64,000 bases of DNA. Origin: Flectonema sp. DT1601 (taxonomy: Eukaryota). The notes beneath the pieces were generated by a model. That model was not told the origin of the DNA and made no database searches. It saw only the letters and a list, made by a program, of their open reading frames with translations. This document shows positions 11,344-24,100 of this stretch, in pieces. The translations under genes and the position numbers were made by a program. The stretch spans positions 868,001 through 932,000 of the forward strand of contig OZ025791.1 in the NCBI GenBank assembly GCA_964019425.1, read 5' to 3'. How positions within the stretch are numbered: position 1 is the stretch's first letter; each line of letters opens with the position of its first letter.

Positions 11344-11787
11344 TGTTTTGAGTCCAGTTATCAGTTTCCGCAAGCGGGAACTGCTGTCTGATTTTTTCTC
11401 ATTTTCTGTCATTTTAGAGACAAAGTACGATCAAGATCGCAATAGTAGCTTATAGTAGTCAGGGATCCCCCATATAGCTGCTATGCTACCGCGTCTTCAT
11501 CGAACGCGTTCTCATTTTTAGTTTCTTTTTTTCTTTCTCACTCGTATCGTAACGTTACTCCTTTTGAGTGGCTTTTTTATATTTTTTAGTTTTTTTTTTT
11601 TTTTTCCCCTTCTGCCATCCCTTTCAGAAGGCAATGTGATCACACGAATTAAATTATGTCTTTGATAATGTACCTTTGAATATTTTACTCTAACAGGTGG
11701 AAGTTGTAAAGGTGTGGTCACAGGTTCGTTAATATTTTTACTTATCATCAGAAAAAAAAAAGAAAAAAAAAAAGAAAGTAATAAAAT

Positions 11788-12315
11788 ATGAGAGGAAGAT
11801 ACGACTCAAGAGACAGATACCGGGACAGGTATGACAGTCGTGATAGATATGAAAGGCGTAGGTATGACAGTCGAGACAGATACGACAGACGTCACGATTC
11901 TCGTGATAGAGACAGAAATAGAAGAGATGAACGACCAGTCTGCTACGACTACCAAAAGGGTGGATGCAGTAGAGATAGATGTAGATTTTCACACAATGAT
12001 AAAAGTCGTGATCGCACCAGGTTTGATCACCCACCTGTTGATAAAAAGAAGCTTGTCTGCTTCGATTTTGAAAAAGGAACCTGCAGATTCGGTGAAGACT
12101 GCAAATTCGACCACAGTATGACCAGAAAGGTATGCACGTCAACACTAATATTAAATAATGACATAATGATATTTATTTTATAACAACTAAAACAGAAACG
12201 CGGAGAGGCTGAGCCAGTAAGACTATCGAGCTCCGAAGAAAGATTCCAAAAGCGTCAAGGAGCAGAAACCACAGAACGTAAATATGACTGGGAAGGAGGA
12301 GCAGAACAAGAGTAG
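11788..12315 (+). CDS. RD/RY-repeat protein with two CCCH zinc fingers; exons 11788-12129, 12196-12315
   Basis: RYDSRD repeats; CYDYQKGGCSRDRCRFSH and CFDFEKGTCRFGEDCKFDH; phase-0 intron 12130-12195. Confidence 0.8.
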
Positions 12316-12738
12316 GACAAGTAACCGCAAGCGTGTTTTTGCCTACATTTGCCTTCACTAGTAGGTGTAAGTATAACTTCTTTTAGTGAATTACATTACT
12401 AAGAAGAAGAACAGAGCAGTAATATCTGCCTCAACTTACGAAACTAATTAGCGGTTTGCTACACCGATGTGTCAATTCGAGAGGGAGGGGGAAAAAAATA
12501 AAAAAGAGGGAACGTTTTTCCATCCTGTTTTTTTTAAAGAAAATTAGTGTTGTTCCAATATGATCCTTTTAACATAACAAGGACAGAGGGTAGTGATGAA
12601 TTCTTGTTTAAATAAATGAAATTTCAAACTAACAGTGAAAAACAAACATAATGTGTGGAGAAAGTTTACAAAAACAAGTTGTTGTTGAAAACCTAAAATA
12701 ATAAATCTATTTTCTCATCAGCATCACGTAATATATAA

Positions 12739-14584
12739 ATGGCTTATGTACCACCATCTCAACGGAGGAGGATGGCTGAAGGGGAGCAGCCCCCTCCAGT
12801 AAGCAACGACGAACCCAGATCAAGCGGGAAAGGAGGAGGTAAGGGTCCCAGCAAGGGTAATTTCAGAGGTGAGGATGCAGGAGAAAATGGTTCTTTCGGA
12901 GGAGGATATGGTGGTGGGAAGGGAGCAGGAAAGGGATGGAGAGGTGGAAAGAAGGGAGGAATGGAGAATGAAGGACAAGAGCGTACTACCTGGGGAAACA
13001 GAGGAACAGATGAATCTTCTCTCGAAGAATTGTTCCAAAACACCCGTCACGCTACAGGTTCGAACTTCGAGAAATCCGAACCGATTGAAGTTGAGATAAC
13101 TGGCGCTGAGATTACTCCACTTGAGGATTTCGAAGACTGTGAACTCGCTGAGGCTCTCCTTTTAAATATCAACCGATCAAAGTATAGAAAACCAACTCCT
13201 GTTCAACGTAATACTATTCCAATTATGCTTGGAGGGTATGATTTAATGGCGTGTGCTCAGACAGGTTCTGGAAAGACTGCGGCATTCTTATTCCCAATTA
13301 TCCACACACTACTTGATGTAGGACCAAGACCTTACAGATCAAAGATTGCTAGACATCAGGTTGCACCAGAGGCGCTTGTTTTAGCGCCAACCAGAGAGTT
13401 GGCTGTTCAGATCCACACGGAAGCTAAGAAGTTTAGCTACCGATCAGACCTACGATGTGTTGCGATATACGGTGGAATGGATATGAGAGTTCAAGCACAA
13501 GATTTAGACGACGGTTGTCAAATCCTTGTTGCAACTCCAGGAAGACTTCTTGACTTCTGTACTGCCAGAGACCGTACTGGTAAGGGAGGTAAGAATGGAC
13601 CTTCGCCAAAGGTAAGTTTGACTAACATATGGCATTTCTGTATTGATGAGGCTGACAGAATGCTTGACCTCGGATTTGAGCTTCAAATCAATCAAATTAC
13701 ATCCCAGAGAGGTATGCCTCCTGCTGCTCACAGACAAACTGTAATGTTCTCAGCCACCTTCCCAGAGAGCATACAGAAACTCTCAAGAGAATTCCTTAAG
13801 GAACAATACTGCTTTGTGAAGGTTGGAAAGGTTGGATCTACCAACGCGGGGATTACCCAAACTTTGGAATTTTGTGCCGACTCAAAAAAAAGAGACTTTC
13901 TGTTGTTGTTGATGAAGCACGCAGGAGCCTACCACGCAAAGAGACTTGCGTTGATCTTTGTTGATACTAAGAGAGATGCTAATGATTTAGTTGGATTCTT
14001 AGTAAACGGTGGGTTTGAAGCAACGTCTATCCACGGAGACAGATCACAAGAAGAGAGACTTGCAGCTTTAAAGTCATTCAAGTCTGGTGTAACTCCAGTT
14101 CTCGTTGCGACTGATGTCGCAAGTAGAGGATTAGATATTCCGAATGTGTCTCATGTTGTTCAATATGATTTAGCTCATAATCTTGATGACTATGTTCACA
14201 GGATTGGTAGAACTGGTAGAGCAGGTAACACTGGTACAGCTACAGCATTCTACAATCAGAAGAACAGATCCGTCGCTAAGGCACTTCTTGGATATCTCTC
14301 CCAGCATGGTCAAGACATTCCTCAGGGTCTTGTTGACATTGCTTCTCAGGCATCTACACTACCATCACGCTCTAATGGAAAGTCAGCGACTACAACCACC
14401 ACTCGCGCGTCTGCCAGAAGAGGACTCTCTGGAGATCCATCTCCTCCTCCTCAGACTTACACTGCTGGGAATATGTGTGTAATTTATTCTTTGTTGTTTT
14501 TATTTCCAAATTTCTTTTAAAAAATAACAACTATCAAAAAACAGTGCTATGAGTATGATGGGATCAGGAGGAGGACAATACTAG
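12739..14584 (+). CDS. DEAD-box RNA helicase, DED1/DDX3/Vasa group; exons 12739-14474, 14545-14584
   Basis: PTPVQ, DLMACAQTGSGKTAAFLFPI, PTRELA, DEADRMLD, SAT, YVHRIGRTGRAG; Gly-rich N-terminus. Confidence 0.92.
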
Positions 14585-15951
14585 ATAGCAGGCAGTGAAG
14601 TGATAGCGAACAATAAAGTTGTTCAAAGCTCCGTCAGATTGACGTGCGTACTGTGCGAATGCTCGTCTCGTCATTGCAGACAGATCTATGTGTTGAATAC
14701 AACGTGACCAGACGGGTAAAAAGTTACCTTTGTTAGTAGTTATTCCACCATTTTTTTTTAATCCCGTTTCTTTTGTTTTTTTTTTGCATTCGGCACTTAC
14801 AACAAACCATAACCAGTCAGGTAGGAAGATAGTACCCACATAACTTCTATTTGCCTCTTAGACACCAACCTTCCCATTATACTAAAGTATAATGGGTTGC
14901 TTCATTCATATCAGTTGTGTATGCCACAGACCTGCATAAATATTTTTCTTTAAAGGAGATCGACATTACTCGTTCCCTTGTTGGTTTTAATAAAGCATTT
15001 CTCGTTACCCATTTCTTGTGGGTTACTAATGGTGAGGGGGGGGAAAAATAGGAAAAAAGAAAAAGAAAATAAATAACTGGTGGACCTCATGAATCAAGAC
15101 AGTGGCTTGAGTGGTCGGAAAGGTGTTGAAGCCTACCTCCCTGCGACAAAAAAAAAAAAAACATAAATAAATAAGGGACCCGCAAACCCGCTCCTGTAGT
15201 AATTCCTGTTTTTTGGTGGCAAAGGTTGGGTCATCGCAAGTATCTATTGTTTTTTTCATATCTCAAACAACACTTACGTTAATTATTGTGAAATATTCGA
15301 TGAAGGGAAAAAAAAAAAAAAAAAAAAAAAAACCGAAGAAAAGTTAAAAAAAAACAAAAAGAAAAAAAAAAAAAAAAAAAAACTTTCTCTTTATTATCTA
15401 TTTACTGAGAAGTGGATCAGGTGGCCCGGTGTTTGCAAGAAACATTGATGAAAGGAAAAATAAAATTAAATTAAATAAACAAATTTTACATTGTTGATGT
15501 GAGTGGTTTTGTTCGTTTTATAGCTGATTGTTATTTAATTTCTGAGGCAGCAGGTGTTCGCAGGGAAACCTCACAAGGTTGCTCCCGCACTCTGATATGA
15601 AGAAGCTGCATTTCGTTTATTGTTATCAAATTTGTAGCAATACTCTATTTCTTTTTTCTTCTTTTTTTTCCATGTTTGATGATGGCAAACTGCAAAGAAA
15701 AAAAAAAAAAAAGGTTAAAATTACCGACCAAATGTCCACATGTTCTTCACAAAAGAAAAAACAATACAGCAATGGGAGTTAATGATTATTTTTCTTGTGA
15801 GTTTTCTTCCTCCTCCTTTTGTTATTTTTGTATTTATACCGTGACTAGTGTCACTGTGTCGCAAGAAAAAACAAGCAAAAGTCGTTTTTATGGATTTTCC
15901 TTTTTATTCTGTTGCATTGGTTGTGTGCTTTTGTACTGCTCACGGTTTTTC

Positions 15952-16151
15952 NNNNNNNNNNNNNNNNNNNNNNNNNNNNNNNNNNNNNNNNNNNNNNNNN
16001 NNNNNNNNNNNNNNNNNNNNNNNNNNNNNNNNNNNNNNNNNNNNNNNNNNNNNNNNNNNNNNNNNNNNNNNNNNNNNNNNNNNNNNNNNNNNNNNNNNNN
16101 NNNNNNNNNNNNNNNNNNNNNNNNNNNNNNNNNNNNNNNNNNNNNNNNNNN
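15952..16151. other. Assembly gap (200 N)
   Basis: Run of N. Confidence 1.
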
Positions 16152-16425
16152 AGGTGAGCAGTAATAATTCTAATCAGCAGTTTCAGTGAGAACGAAATAA
16201 TAAAAAATAACAAAAAAAAAAAAAAAAAAAAAAATAATAATTTTAAAAGTTAATGTAGTGTGCTAAGTTTGCTCTGTTGTGTTTTTCATCTTCTTCTTCT
16301 TTCCCTCACAAAAGCTCGCCTTCATTCAACAATACATTGATGGATTTACAGGGAAAAAAAAAAAAAAAAAAAAAAAATTATATTTATATTTCGACTAGAC
16401 TAAATAATAGCACAACAAAGAAAGA

Positions 16426-16831
16426 ATGGCAATCATTGATGGATACGTTATGACTATGATGGGGCTACTGGGTACCGTATCCTTTATTCCATACTACTTG
16501 TTTATAAATATCAGATTTATTGATAACTTTATACTGATAACTGGATTGATATCAATAGTATTCTGTCTCATAGGACTGCTGTTGGTTGGTTCTATTGCAA
16601 GAGCGAGTTGGAGGACACAGGCGAGAGAACGTAAGAAGATGCAGTATGTTGTTATTTATTAATCTATCTGAATGAATCACGGAAAAAAAACAAACAAACA
16701 AACAAACAAACAGGAGAAGAGTACAGCCTTCTCATGATTTCTTTTCAACAGGACGTACTTTCACATCACCGATGAAGCCGAGAAGACAAGTTGTTGAGAC
16801 TCATGCCACCATTCGAATAGACGAGCTTTAG
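16426..16831 (+). CDS. Small two-TM membrane protein; exons 16426-16643, 16714-16831
   Basis: Two hydrophobic segments. Intron 16644-16713 (GTATGT..(CAAA)n CAG) restores an open frame. Confidence 0.65.
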
Positions 16832-17850
16832 ATTTCACAGCCATGCCTTCTTCGGATGGAATACTAACGATTTTAGACACACTGCGACTATAGGTAGATC
16901 ATAATTTTTAATTTTTATATATCATTATTTCTTACAAACACTTTAAATTTATAATACGAGACTCATTCCAATGACAGTTTTCATTTTAGAGATTCAGTTT
17001 TGCATATTAATCTCATGTATGTTGTTGGGTTATTAGTTCTTATTTTTTTGTTTTGTTTTTCCAATTCACTTTGCGTTTATTGTGTTAAATTGAAATTATG
17101 ATTTTTCAGCTTTTGTAGCTTCGACTTTTTTTTATTTTTTATAATTTATAAAATTATTTCTTCTAATGTCGTGTATTGTACAAACACAAAAAAAAAACTT
17201 TTGAAAAAAAAAAAAAAAAAAAAAAAAAATACGGGTGGAATTATCCTAGTCCTAGTCACTGCCTTTTGTTCTTAAATAAGAAAAAAGCATCGCTTGAAAA
17301 AAAAAAAAAAAAAAAAACTGCTTTTTAGTATATCGTTGTTGCGGTTATTTTTCGTCAGCTATTTACAAAAGTGAATTTGTTCGCTTTAAAATGACGAGGA
17401 TAATAATTGCTAAGTTTTTTTTCGTCCCTCGGAAGGGGGATCATTTCTTCGCAAATGAACCAGCCACGATTTTTTCATAAACTTACTATGCAGTAAAAAA
17501 AGAGAAAAAAAAAAAATCAGGAAACCAGCAAAAATCCCAGCTGCCTTTTTTCCCTGGGGGGAGAAAAGAAAAAAAGAAAAGAAAAGAAAAGAAAAAAAAA
17601 AAAAAATTCTATTCTTCATTATTTACCTCTCGCATTTGTTACAGCTTCGGTTACTGTGTTTTTTTAAATATTTCTTCTTAAGACAAGAAAAGAAAAGAAA
17701 AAAAAAAAAAACTCTTCTGTGTAATAATACTTCCCAAACATACATTATTCCTTCATACATGAGAAACAATAATATGTGTCAAATACGAATTTAAGACAGT
17801 GGCGTGTCCTCTGTTTTTACTTTCTTGTTACAGGATTCCACTTCACGACT

Positions 17851-20433
17851 ATGTCAAAAAAAAAGAAACAACCCTCATCATCATGGAGTCAGGTTGATAA
17901 TATATACTACAGAGTTCTAAAGAGATACGAGACAGATCAGGGATGGAAAATTGGAATTAAAGACTGGGTACGTATATCCCCTGAAGGTGGTGGTATTATA
18001 ATCGCAAGCATGACCACAAGAGGTATGCGAATGACTATTCTAAACTGCGGTGGTCATTTAGTTAGCGAATGGATTTGGAGAGAACATGAACCACCAGTGC
18101 CGATGATATTATTAGCGTGGCTAAGTGATAATATAATAACCATTGGTCAGGATGGTTGTCTTATTATCCATACGTTAATAGGTGAAGATCATAGTAGGGT
18201 ACCACTCACTCACAGATCACAAGCTGCAGGTCAGCCTGTTATCAATTCATTCTTCGATTCAAATAATGTTTCTGTTGTTACGAAAGACTTTTTAATAACG
18301 CTGTCTATTCCAGATCTTCGATTTTCTAAATACACGAGTGTAACGACAACACCATCAGTGATACCTTTACGTGATGAAATAGGATGTGGTTCTGATGTGG
18401 ATTTCTTTATTTCAAATTCGATATTAATTTGTAAAAATGGATTTGTATACAACATCAATCAATCGTCTTGTAAAGAAATAACAAATATCGGAACTCTTCA
18501 GTGTGTCCATGGATGTGTTTCAGAAGACTATATCGCAATTGTTTTGACGAGTCAATCAACATCAGATTTCACTGCATTGAGAGTCCTTGACAAACGAAAC
18601 AGTGATATCATTATGGACTTACCGCTATCAGGAAAACCTGCTTCTATTAGTTGGTGTGGTGAACATATTATTATGACAGTGTCTGATGTTGGAACACATG
18701 AGCATACCGTATTCGGAGTATCGATCCATAACTCAACAACAACAGTGTTGTCAAACTATCGATCTGAACATTGCCTTGTTAGTCTTCATCATTCTAATAC
18801 TTCATCTTGTGGGATATCAATTGTTCATGATCAAGGTTATGATGTTTTAGAGTCTGTTGGTAGTGAAATTTTAAAAATAATATCTCCAAAAAGTGAATCC
18901 GTTGGAGCCAAACTTTACAAGGCGCAAATCTTACATTCGAAAGGAATGCATCCACCGGCACTAAAACTAGTCAGGTCACTAGTTCATGAACGGTCTCTGT
19001 ACAGAGCAATAAACCAGTGCTTAATAGCAGCCCTTCACGATTCTGACGTTGTTCAACAAAAAGTATTTTTACAGTCAGCTGCGTTAGGGAGGACTTACTG
19101 TCCTGAGCATGACGCGGGTGTGTTTGGAAGTACCTGCGCAGATGTTCGTTTGCTAAACTCGATTAGATCAGAACCTGTTTATATTGATATCACTTATAAT
19201 ACTTATGCTTCTGAGGAATTTAAAAAACATAAGGGAATCCTACAATCTCTTATAAGTAGAAAGCTATACCCTTTAGCAGTAAGCATCTGTGAGTACTCAG
19301 GGATTCCCAGTAACGAAGTGGTTAAATCATGGGCAATTCAACAAGTTCATTCGGGTGCTGCAGACGAAGCCATCATGGAGATTATATCTGTTCAAGTTGC
19401 TCAGTTTCCTGGGTTATCAGTAAAACCGATATTCGAAGCTGCGATAAGGAAAAGTAAATTCAAACTAGCTCTCCTCTTACTCGATTTAGAACCTTTATTA
19501 TCTGAGAGAGTAAAGCAAACACTTGCACTTGGAGAACCAGTAAGAGCTCTTAAGATTGCTACAGATGCTAACGATTCTGATTTGGCATCGAGTTGTTTGT
19601 TGAAATGTAGAAAGGATTTAGAAAAGTCTGAATTCTATCACATCCTTCGAGGTAATTCAGAAACACTCAGACTCTATCAAACTTATTGTGAACAACGTGA
19701 TGTAACAGGTCTAATGGACTTATTCAGTGAGATGGGATCAGTTCATCATGCTGGTCTTTGGTGTCTTCGAACTGCTCTTTACGACAGACGCACAACACTT
19801 GACATCCGAGCAAGAACAAAGGAGTTGACCAAGGCGAAAAATTTCTTCGCTAAAAACGGAAAAAGTTCAGACCTCGAAAATCGACTTCTGGGAGATCAGT
19901 TGAAACTCGAAGAACGTCAACAGGAGCTCCGAAATGCTGGAGTTCCTGTTGGTCCTCATTGTGGACTTGCTGACACAATTAAATTATTAATAGTAGATAA
20001 GAAATATAAAGAGGCTGACTCACTAGCAAAGATGATGGGAATGACTGACGGCAACTACTGGTTTATAAAACTGAGAACACTCTGCGCGCAGCTCCGATTC
20101 TCCGAACTGGAAAAATGGGTCGCTGGTGACAATTGGAAGAAAGCTCTAACACACAAACTGTCAACACCTATTTCTTTTAAACACTTTGTTAATGAATGTC
20201 TTAAGGCTGGTGATCCTAAAGAAGCATCTAAATATATCCCTCGGATTAACGACTATGCAATGAAAGCAGAAGCCTACTGCGATTGTGGAATGATTGAAGA
20301 AGCAGTAAAAGTATCTCACAATAATAATGATCCTGACATCCTTCTCGCAGTCAGAAGTCGCGTTGACAAGGAAGATGCTGAACAGCTGAAGAAAATTGAT
20401 GAGATCCATGCATCTATGACTGGAGGGACGTAG
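17851..20433 (+). CDS. VPS16: Vps16 (HOPS/CORVET subunit)
   Basis: AINQCLIAA..QQKVFLQSAALGR, VRLLNSIR, LISRKLYPLAVSICEY, LALLLLDLEP, YWFIKLRTL and PISFKHFVNEC follow the Vps16 pattern; ~860 aa. Confidence 0.85.
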   Translation: MSKKKKQPSSSWSQVDNIYYRVLKRYETDQGWKIGIKDWVRISPEGGGIIIASMTTRGMRMTILNCGGHLVSEWIWREHEPPVPMILLAWLSDNIITIGQDGCLIIHTLIGEDHSRVPLTHRSQAAGQPVINSFFDSNNVSVVTKDFLITLSIPDLRFSKYTSVTTTPSVIPLRDEIGCGSDVDFFISNSILICKNGFVYNINQSSCKEITNIGTLQCVHGCVSEDYIAIVLTSQSTSDFTALRVLDKRNSDIIMDLPLSGKPASISWCGEHIIMTVSDVGTHEHTVFGVSIHNSTTTVLSNYRSEHCLVSLHHSNTSSCGISIVHDQGYDVLESVGSEILKIISPKSESVGAKLYKAQILHSKGMHPPALKLVRSLVHERSLYRAINQCLIAALHDSDVVQQKVFLQSAALGRTYCPEHDAGVFGSTCADVRLLNSIRSEPVYIDITYNTYASEEFKKHKGILQSLISRKLYPLAVSICEYSGIPSNEVVKSWAIQQVHSGAADEAIMEIISVQVAQFPGLSVKPIFEAAIRKSKFKLALLLLDLEPLLSERVKQTLALGEPVRALKIATDANDSDLASSCLLKCRKDLEKSEFYHILRGNSETLRLYQTYCEQRDVTGLMDLFSEMGSVHHAGLWCLRTALYDRRTTLDIRARTKELTKAKNFFAKNGKSSDLENRLLGDQLKLEERQQELRNAGVPVGPHCGLADTIKLLIVDKKYKEADSLAKMMGMTDGNYWFIKLRTLCAQLRFSELEKWVAGDNWKKALTHKLSTPISFKHFVNECLKAGDPKEASKYIPRINDYAMKAEAYCDCGMIEEAVKVSHNNNDPDILLAVRSRVDKEDAEQLKKIDEIHASMTGGT

Positions 20434-20588
20434 TTTTTATTTATTGTTATTTTATTTATTTCTTGTTAACTTGCTCTTATTTACCATGCCGAGTGCTTGT
20501 GTTTGTTTCCTCCAATTACTAAACTTAAAGTACGCTAGTTGTCATTTGAGATGTTCCTTTTTCTTATATATCAGACTTACCAAACACA

Positions 20589-21422
20589 ATGCCTGTGATT
20601 AAACGGGTTATGATCATCGCTGGTAGTGATAGCGGTGGTGGAGCAGGTATTCAGGCAGACATAAAGACATGTGAAGCAACTGGTACCTACAGCATGACAG
20701 CAATAACTGCTTTGACAGCTCAAAATACCATTGGTGTTCACTCTGTCTGTAAAGTTGATTCCGATATGTTAAAAAAACAAATTGAAGTCTGCAGAGACGA
20801 TATTGGATGGGATGCCGTAAAAATAGGAATGCTACCCGACAAAGAGTCTGTTCAAATAGTATCGACTATAATTAAAAGTCATAAATTTGTTGTTACAGAT
20901 CCAGTCATGGTCGCAACATCAGGTGATCGACTCGTTTCAGAAGAGACGATGGAAGTAATGAAAAATGAATTATTCCCCAATTCTCTTATTATTACTCCAA
21001 ACATTCACGAGGCGTTAGAAATTATTTCAGAACCAAACACAATAATTTCATCTGTTGACGATATGAAAATCATTGCTAAGAAGCTTTATTCCATATGCAA
21101 GACTCCCAACATCCTCGTCAAAGGAGGTCATTTAAGTCCACCACAGACTGAAGCTTCTGACGTGTTATACATGTCTGAGTCAGACTCATATAAGGTTTTT
21201 GTGTCACCATTTGTAAACACCAGAAACACACATGGAACTGGATGTACTCTCTCTTCAGCAATCTCATCATACTTAGCACAGGGTCGCGACGTTCCTGATG
21301 CTGTTGAACTTGCTAAGCAATATTTGTATCGGATTTTAGCCTTGTCAGCTGATCTTAAAATAGGTACTGGTAAACAGGGACCAATGATGCATTCTCTACA
21401 TCGAAAAGTAGTTGAAAATTAA
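20589..21422 (+). CDS. thiD: Hydroxymethylpyrimidine/phosphomethylpyrimidine kinase
   Basis: IAGSDSGGGAGIQADIKT, TALTAQNT, VKIGML, DPVMVATSG, ITPN, VKGGH, NTHGTGCTLSSAI. Confidence 0.95.
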   Translation: MPVIKRVMIIAGSDSGGGAGIQADIKTCEATGTYSMTAITALTAQNTIGVHSVCKVDSDMLKKQIEVCRDDIGWDAVKIGMLPDKESVQIVSTIIKSHKFVVTDPVMVATSGDRLVSEETMEVMKNELFPNSLIITPNIHEALEIISEPNTIISSVDDMKIIAKKLYSICKTPNILVKGGHLSPPQTEASDVLYMSESDSYKVFVSPFVNTRNTHGTGCTLSSAISSYLAQGRDVPDAVELAKQYLYRILALSADLKIGTGKQGPMMHSLHRKVVEN

Positions 21423-21534
21423 TATTATAAAAAACTATCTCTGGGTAACGTTACGATTTCTTGAACTACTTCAATTATTATGTTCTCAATCATATTTATT
21501 AACACCCCATCAGCTACTTACACAACTTACACAA

Positions 21535-21708
21535 ATGGGTGGGCAGCAATCTACTGAAGTTAAAGAAGACGAATTAGATAGACAAGAGAGGGTATGCAAA
21601 TCATCTTGTGCTAGACGAGTACGGGAATTTGAATTGGACATGGGAAGACCTTTAGTCAGCCGAGAATGGCCAGACAAATTACGAAGCTGCCAACGACACT
21701 GCGAGTGA
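21535..21708 (+). CDS. 57-aa protein with MGxxxS N-terminus and two CX3C motifs
   Basis: MGGQQS..CKSSC..CQRHC; AG and A-rich context upstream of the ATG. Confidence 0.55.
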   Translation: MGGQQSTEVKEDELDRQERVCKSSCARRVREFELDMGRPLVSREWPDKLRSCQRHCE

Positions 21709-21909
21709 TTCAACTACTACTTCAAATCACTCTGTCGATCACACGACTTGTCTCTTGTTATATTTCATTGGTGAGTGTGTTCACAATGTTATAAATCTAT
21801 TTTGAATAACGTGATAATGACATTTAAGATTGTCTTTGTGATAAGTCCCACTAGATATTAAATTAGTGCTCAGATTGTAGTTATTTTTACTATTCAGAAC
21901 TATTATAAA

Positions 21910-22874
21910 ATGTTATCTTCGATACGACTAGCAGTCAGAGGAACACCGAGAGTGTTGGGAAGAATGTCTTACTGCACCAAACCAACACAAATACCGATTC
22001 CTAAAGTAATTGACAACATTGAACTAAGTGACGAAGAGACCAAGAGACTGGTAACTACAAGAGGAGATGCTCCTCTTCCAGAGTTGTTAGGTGAGAGTGC
22101 TGAAGGTGTTCTACCTGAAGTCTTTTTCGAAGAGCAAAATGTTGATTTCGCAACGAATTTTATTGAAGCCTGCGAGGAGTTAAATCTCACTGACAATGAA
22201 CTTCGTAATGTTGAAGACCTGTTTGACTGTATTTTCAGCGACGAATCAACTTCTCAAGAACGATACACCACCGCAATGACTTGCCTCCGAATTCCCAAAC
22301 TACAAAACAATAATGATTGTTTATTATTCTTACTGAAGATAATTAATGATATATTTCATCCTGCAGAAAGAAGACTAATGTTGACCTTGATAAAATCAAC
22401 AGTGAAAGACATTAACACAAAAGGACTGTGGACAGTACTGGATCTTCCGGATACCTTCACTGTAAGCGATGAAGTTTTGTTTAATATTTTGTTTTGGGAG
22501 GGCAATCCTGAAGACTTAGTAGCTCTGATGGCACCACTCGGACTCCAATCTGATTCGGAAATATTAACACGAGCGTCGTTGACGGCTCAACGTCGGAATT
22601 TAAAAACGCTTCTTGAACATGCTTTTGTTGAGTTTGTTGATTGTCGTGGTAATGTTCTCACTTCAGACGTTCGTAAAGCGGTCTCGATGTGCAACATCAA
22701 AGGTGAGGTTATGGATGATATGTATGATCGTTTTTTTATTTTTTATCTTCTTGCTCAATTAATTTGCTTTTGTCGTGAAAAACAACAACAAACAGGATTA
22801 AAAAACTTAACGATATCAAAGAAGAAGAATTAAATAAAAAGAAATTTATCGACCTTTTAGTATTCGATTGTTGA
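21910..22874 (+). CDS. Hypothetical protein with mitochondrial-type presequence and EF-hand-like C-terminus; exons 21910-22721, 22796-22874
   Basis: MLSSIRLAVRGTPRVLGR N-terminus; phase-2 intron 22722-22795; AFVEFVDCRGNVLTSDVRKAV. Confidence 0.65.
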
Positions 22875-23199
22875 TCTGTAGTCATGACTCGATGAGTCTG
22901 TTGTCGGTATATTAGACTTCGTGAACGATTCAATTTAAGTTATGTTCAGCATGCATCTTGTTTGAACCTTTTCGCAATGTGGTGTTACTTCCTATTATTT
23001 TTGTCGATTACTCCAACGTCTTCAGCTATTATTTAAAATGAAATGCAGGTATCGGTGACTTTACCGGATATTAGAGAAGGCTGTGATATGAAGATTGTTT
23101 AGTGACTCAAGGGATTCTGTGTTACTACCATCACCGCACTTGACAACTCTAGTTTTAGCAATGTGAAAGCTGAGGTGAGTAAGAAGTCACTTACGATGA

Positions 23200-24030
23200 C
23201 TACGGTCGGATCAAGTGCGATATCTGGGTGTGCCTTTATTCCTCAACTGAACAAAGTAGAAAGCAACTGAAGCGTGGAATTGGTCTTCTAAAGATGATCT
23301 CATCCTTCAGGATCAAGACGGAAACTCTGAGACAACTGGTGAATGGTTTGGTACTAGCTAGGGCATTCCACGGCCTAGCTGCATACGCCCCATTCCTCCG
23401 CTAGAAATCCTGGGCACAAGTAGGCTCGATCTACGGGAAGCTCACGTTGAGACTAACGAGCTGGCTTCGACCTCAGCAGTATCAGTTGAGTCAGATTTAC
23501 TACCGTTTCAGCAACAACTAGCAAGGTCCCTGGCTCTGTGCTACGAGCGTTTCCAGTGATACGATGAGAATCTATCGACCTGAGGTATTCTCAATAACGA
23601 TTAAGGAGGAACTCAGTGGGAGGCTTTAGCACCGCGTTCCTCCAGACGCTATCCAACACCCCGACTCAGATCGCTGATGTATTTACAACATTATCAAGCA
23701 CCGTGGGTTACGCCACCTAACGTAACAATTATACCTAACAGAGATTTCCGAAAGTCACCTGACTCGGGGCTCAACCTCAAATTTGCCATCCCATCGTTGG
23801 AGTCTTTCCCGCCGGCGGTTGCCAGAGTATACAGATGCTTCGTATTTCAGTACTTGTCGTCTGAAACAATGCTACAAGAAGCAACAGCGCTACCATCTGT
23901 CTCTGATGATTTTCAACGCCGAGCAGCGCGCACTGATCTCAGTCTTGGATCTCATCCGAGAGAACTCAGCACGACTCCCGTATGGTCGCATCCACGTTAT
24001 ATCGGATAGCCAGTCGTCGCCGACAACATC
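23200..24030 (+). mobile_element. Degenerate non-LTR retrotransposon remnant with RNase H fragment (ingi/I-group-like)
   Basis: Frameshifted fragments: QVRYLGV (RT-like), APWVTPPNVTI and RAEQRAL..RIHVISDSQSS (RNase H E and D motifs). GC is higher than neighbouring intergenic DNA. Boundaries are approximate. Confidence 0.6.
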
Positions 24031-24100
24031 TTCACATTCTTTACGCAGCCATATATTAACACCCCACAGCAAATAGTAACTCAAAAAACAAAAAAAGGCA

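Noticed and set aside
15676..16213. ORFs spanning the N run
   Set aside because: Artefacts of translating through the assembly gap.
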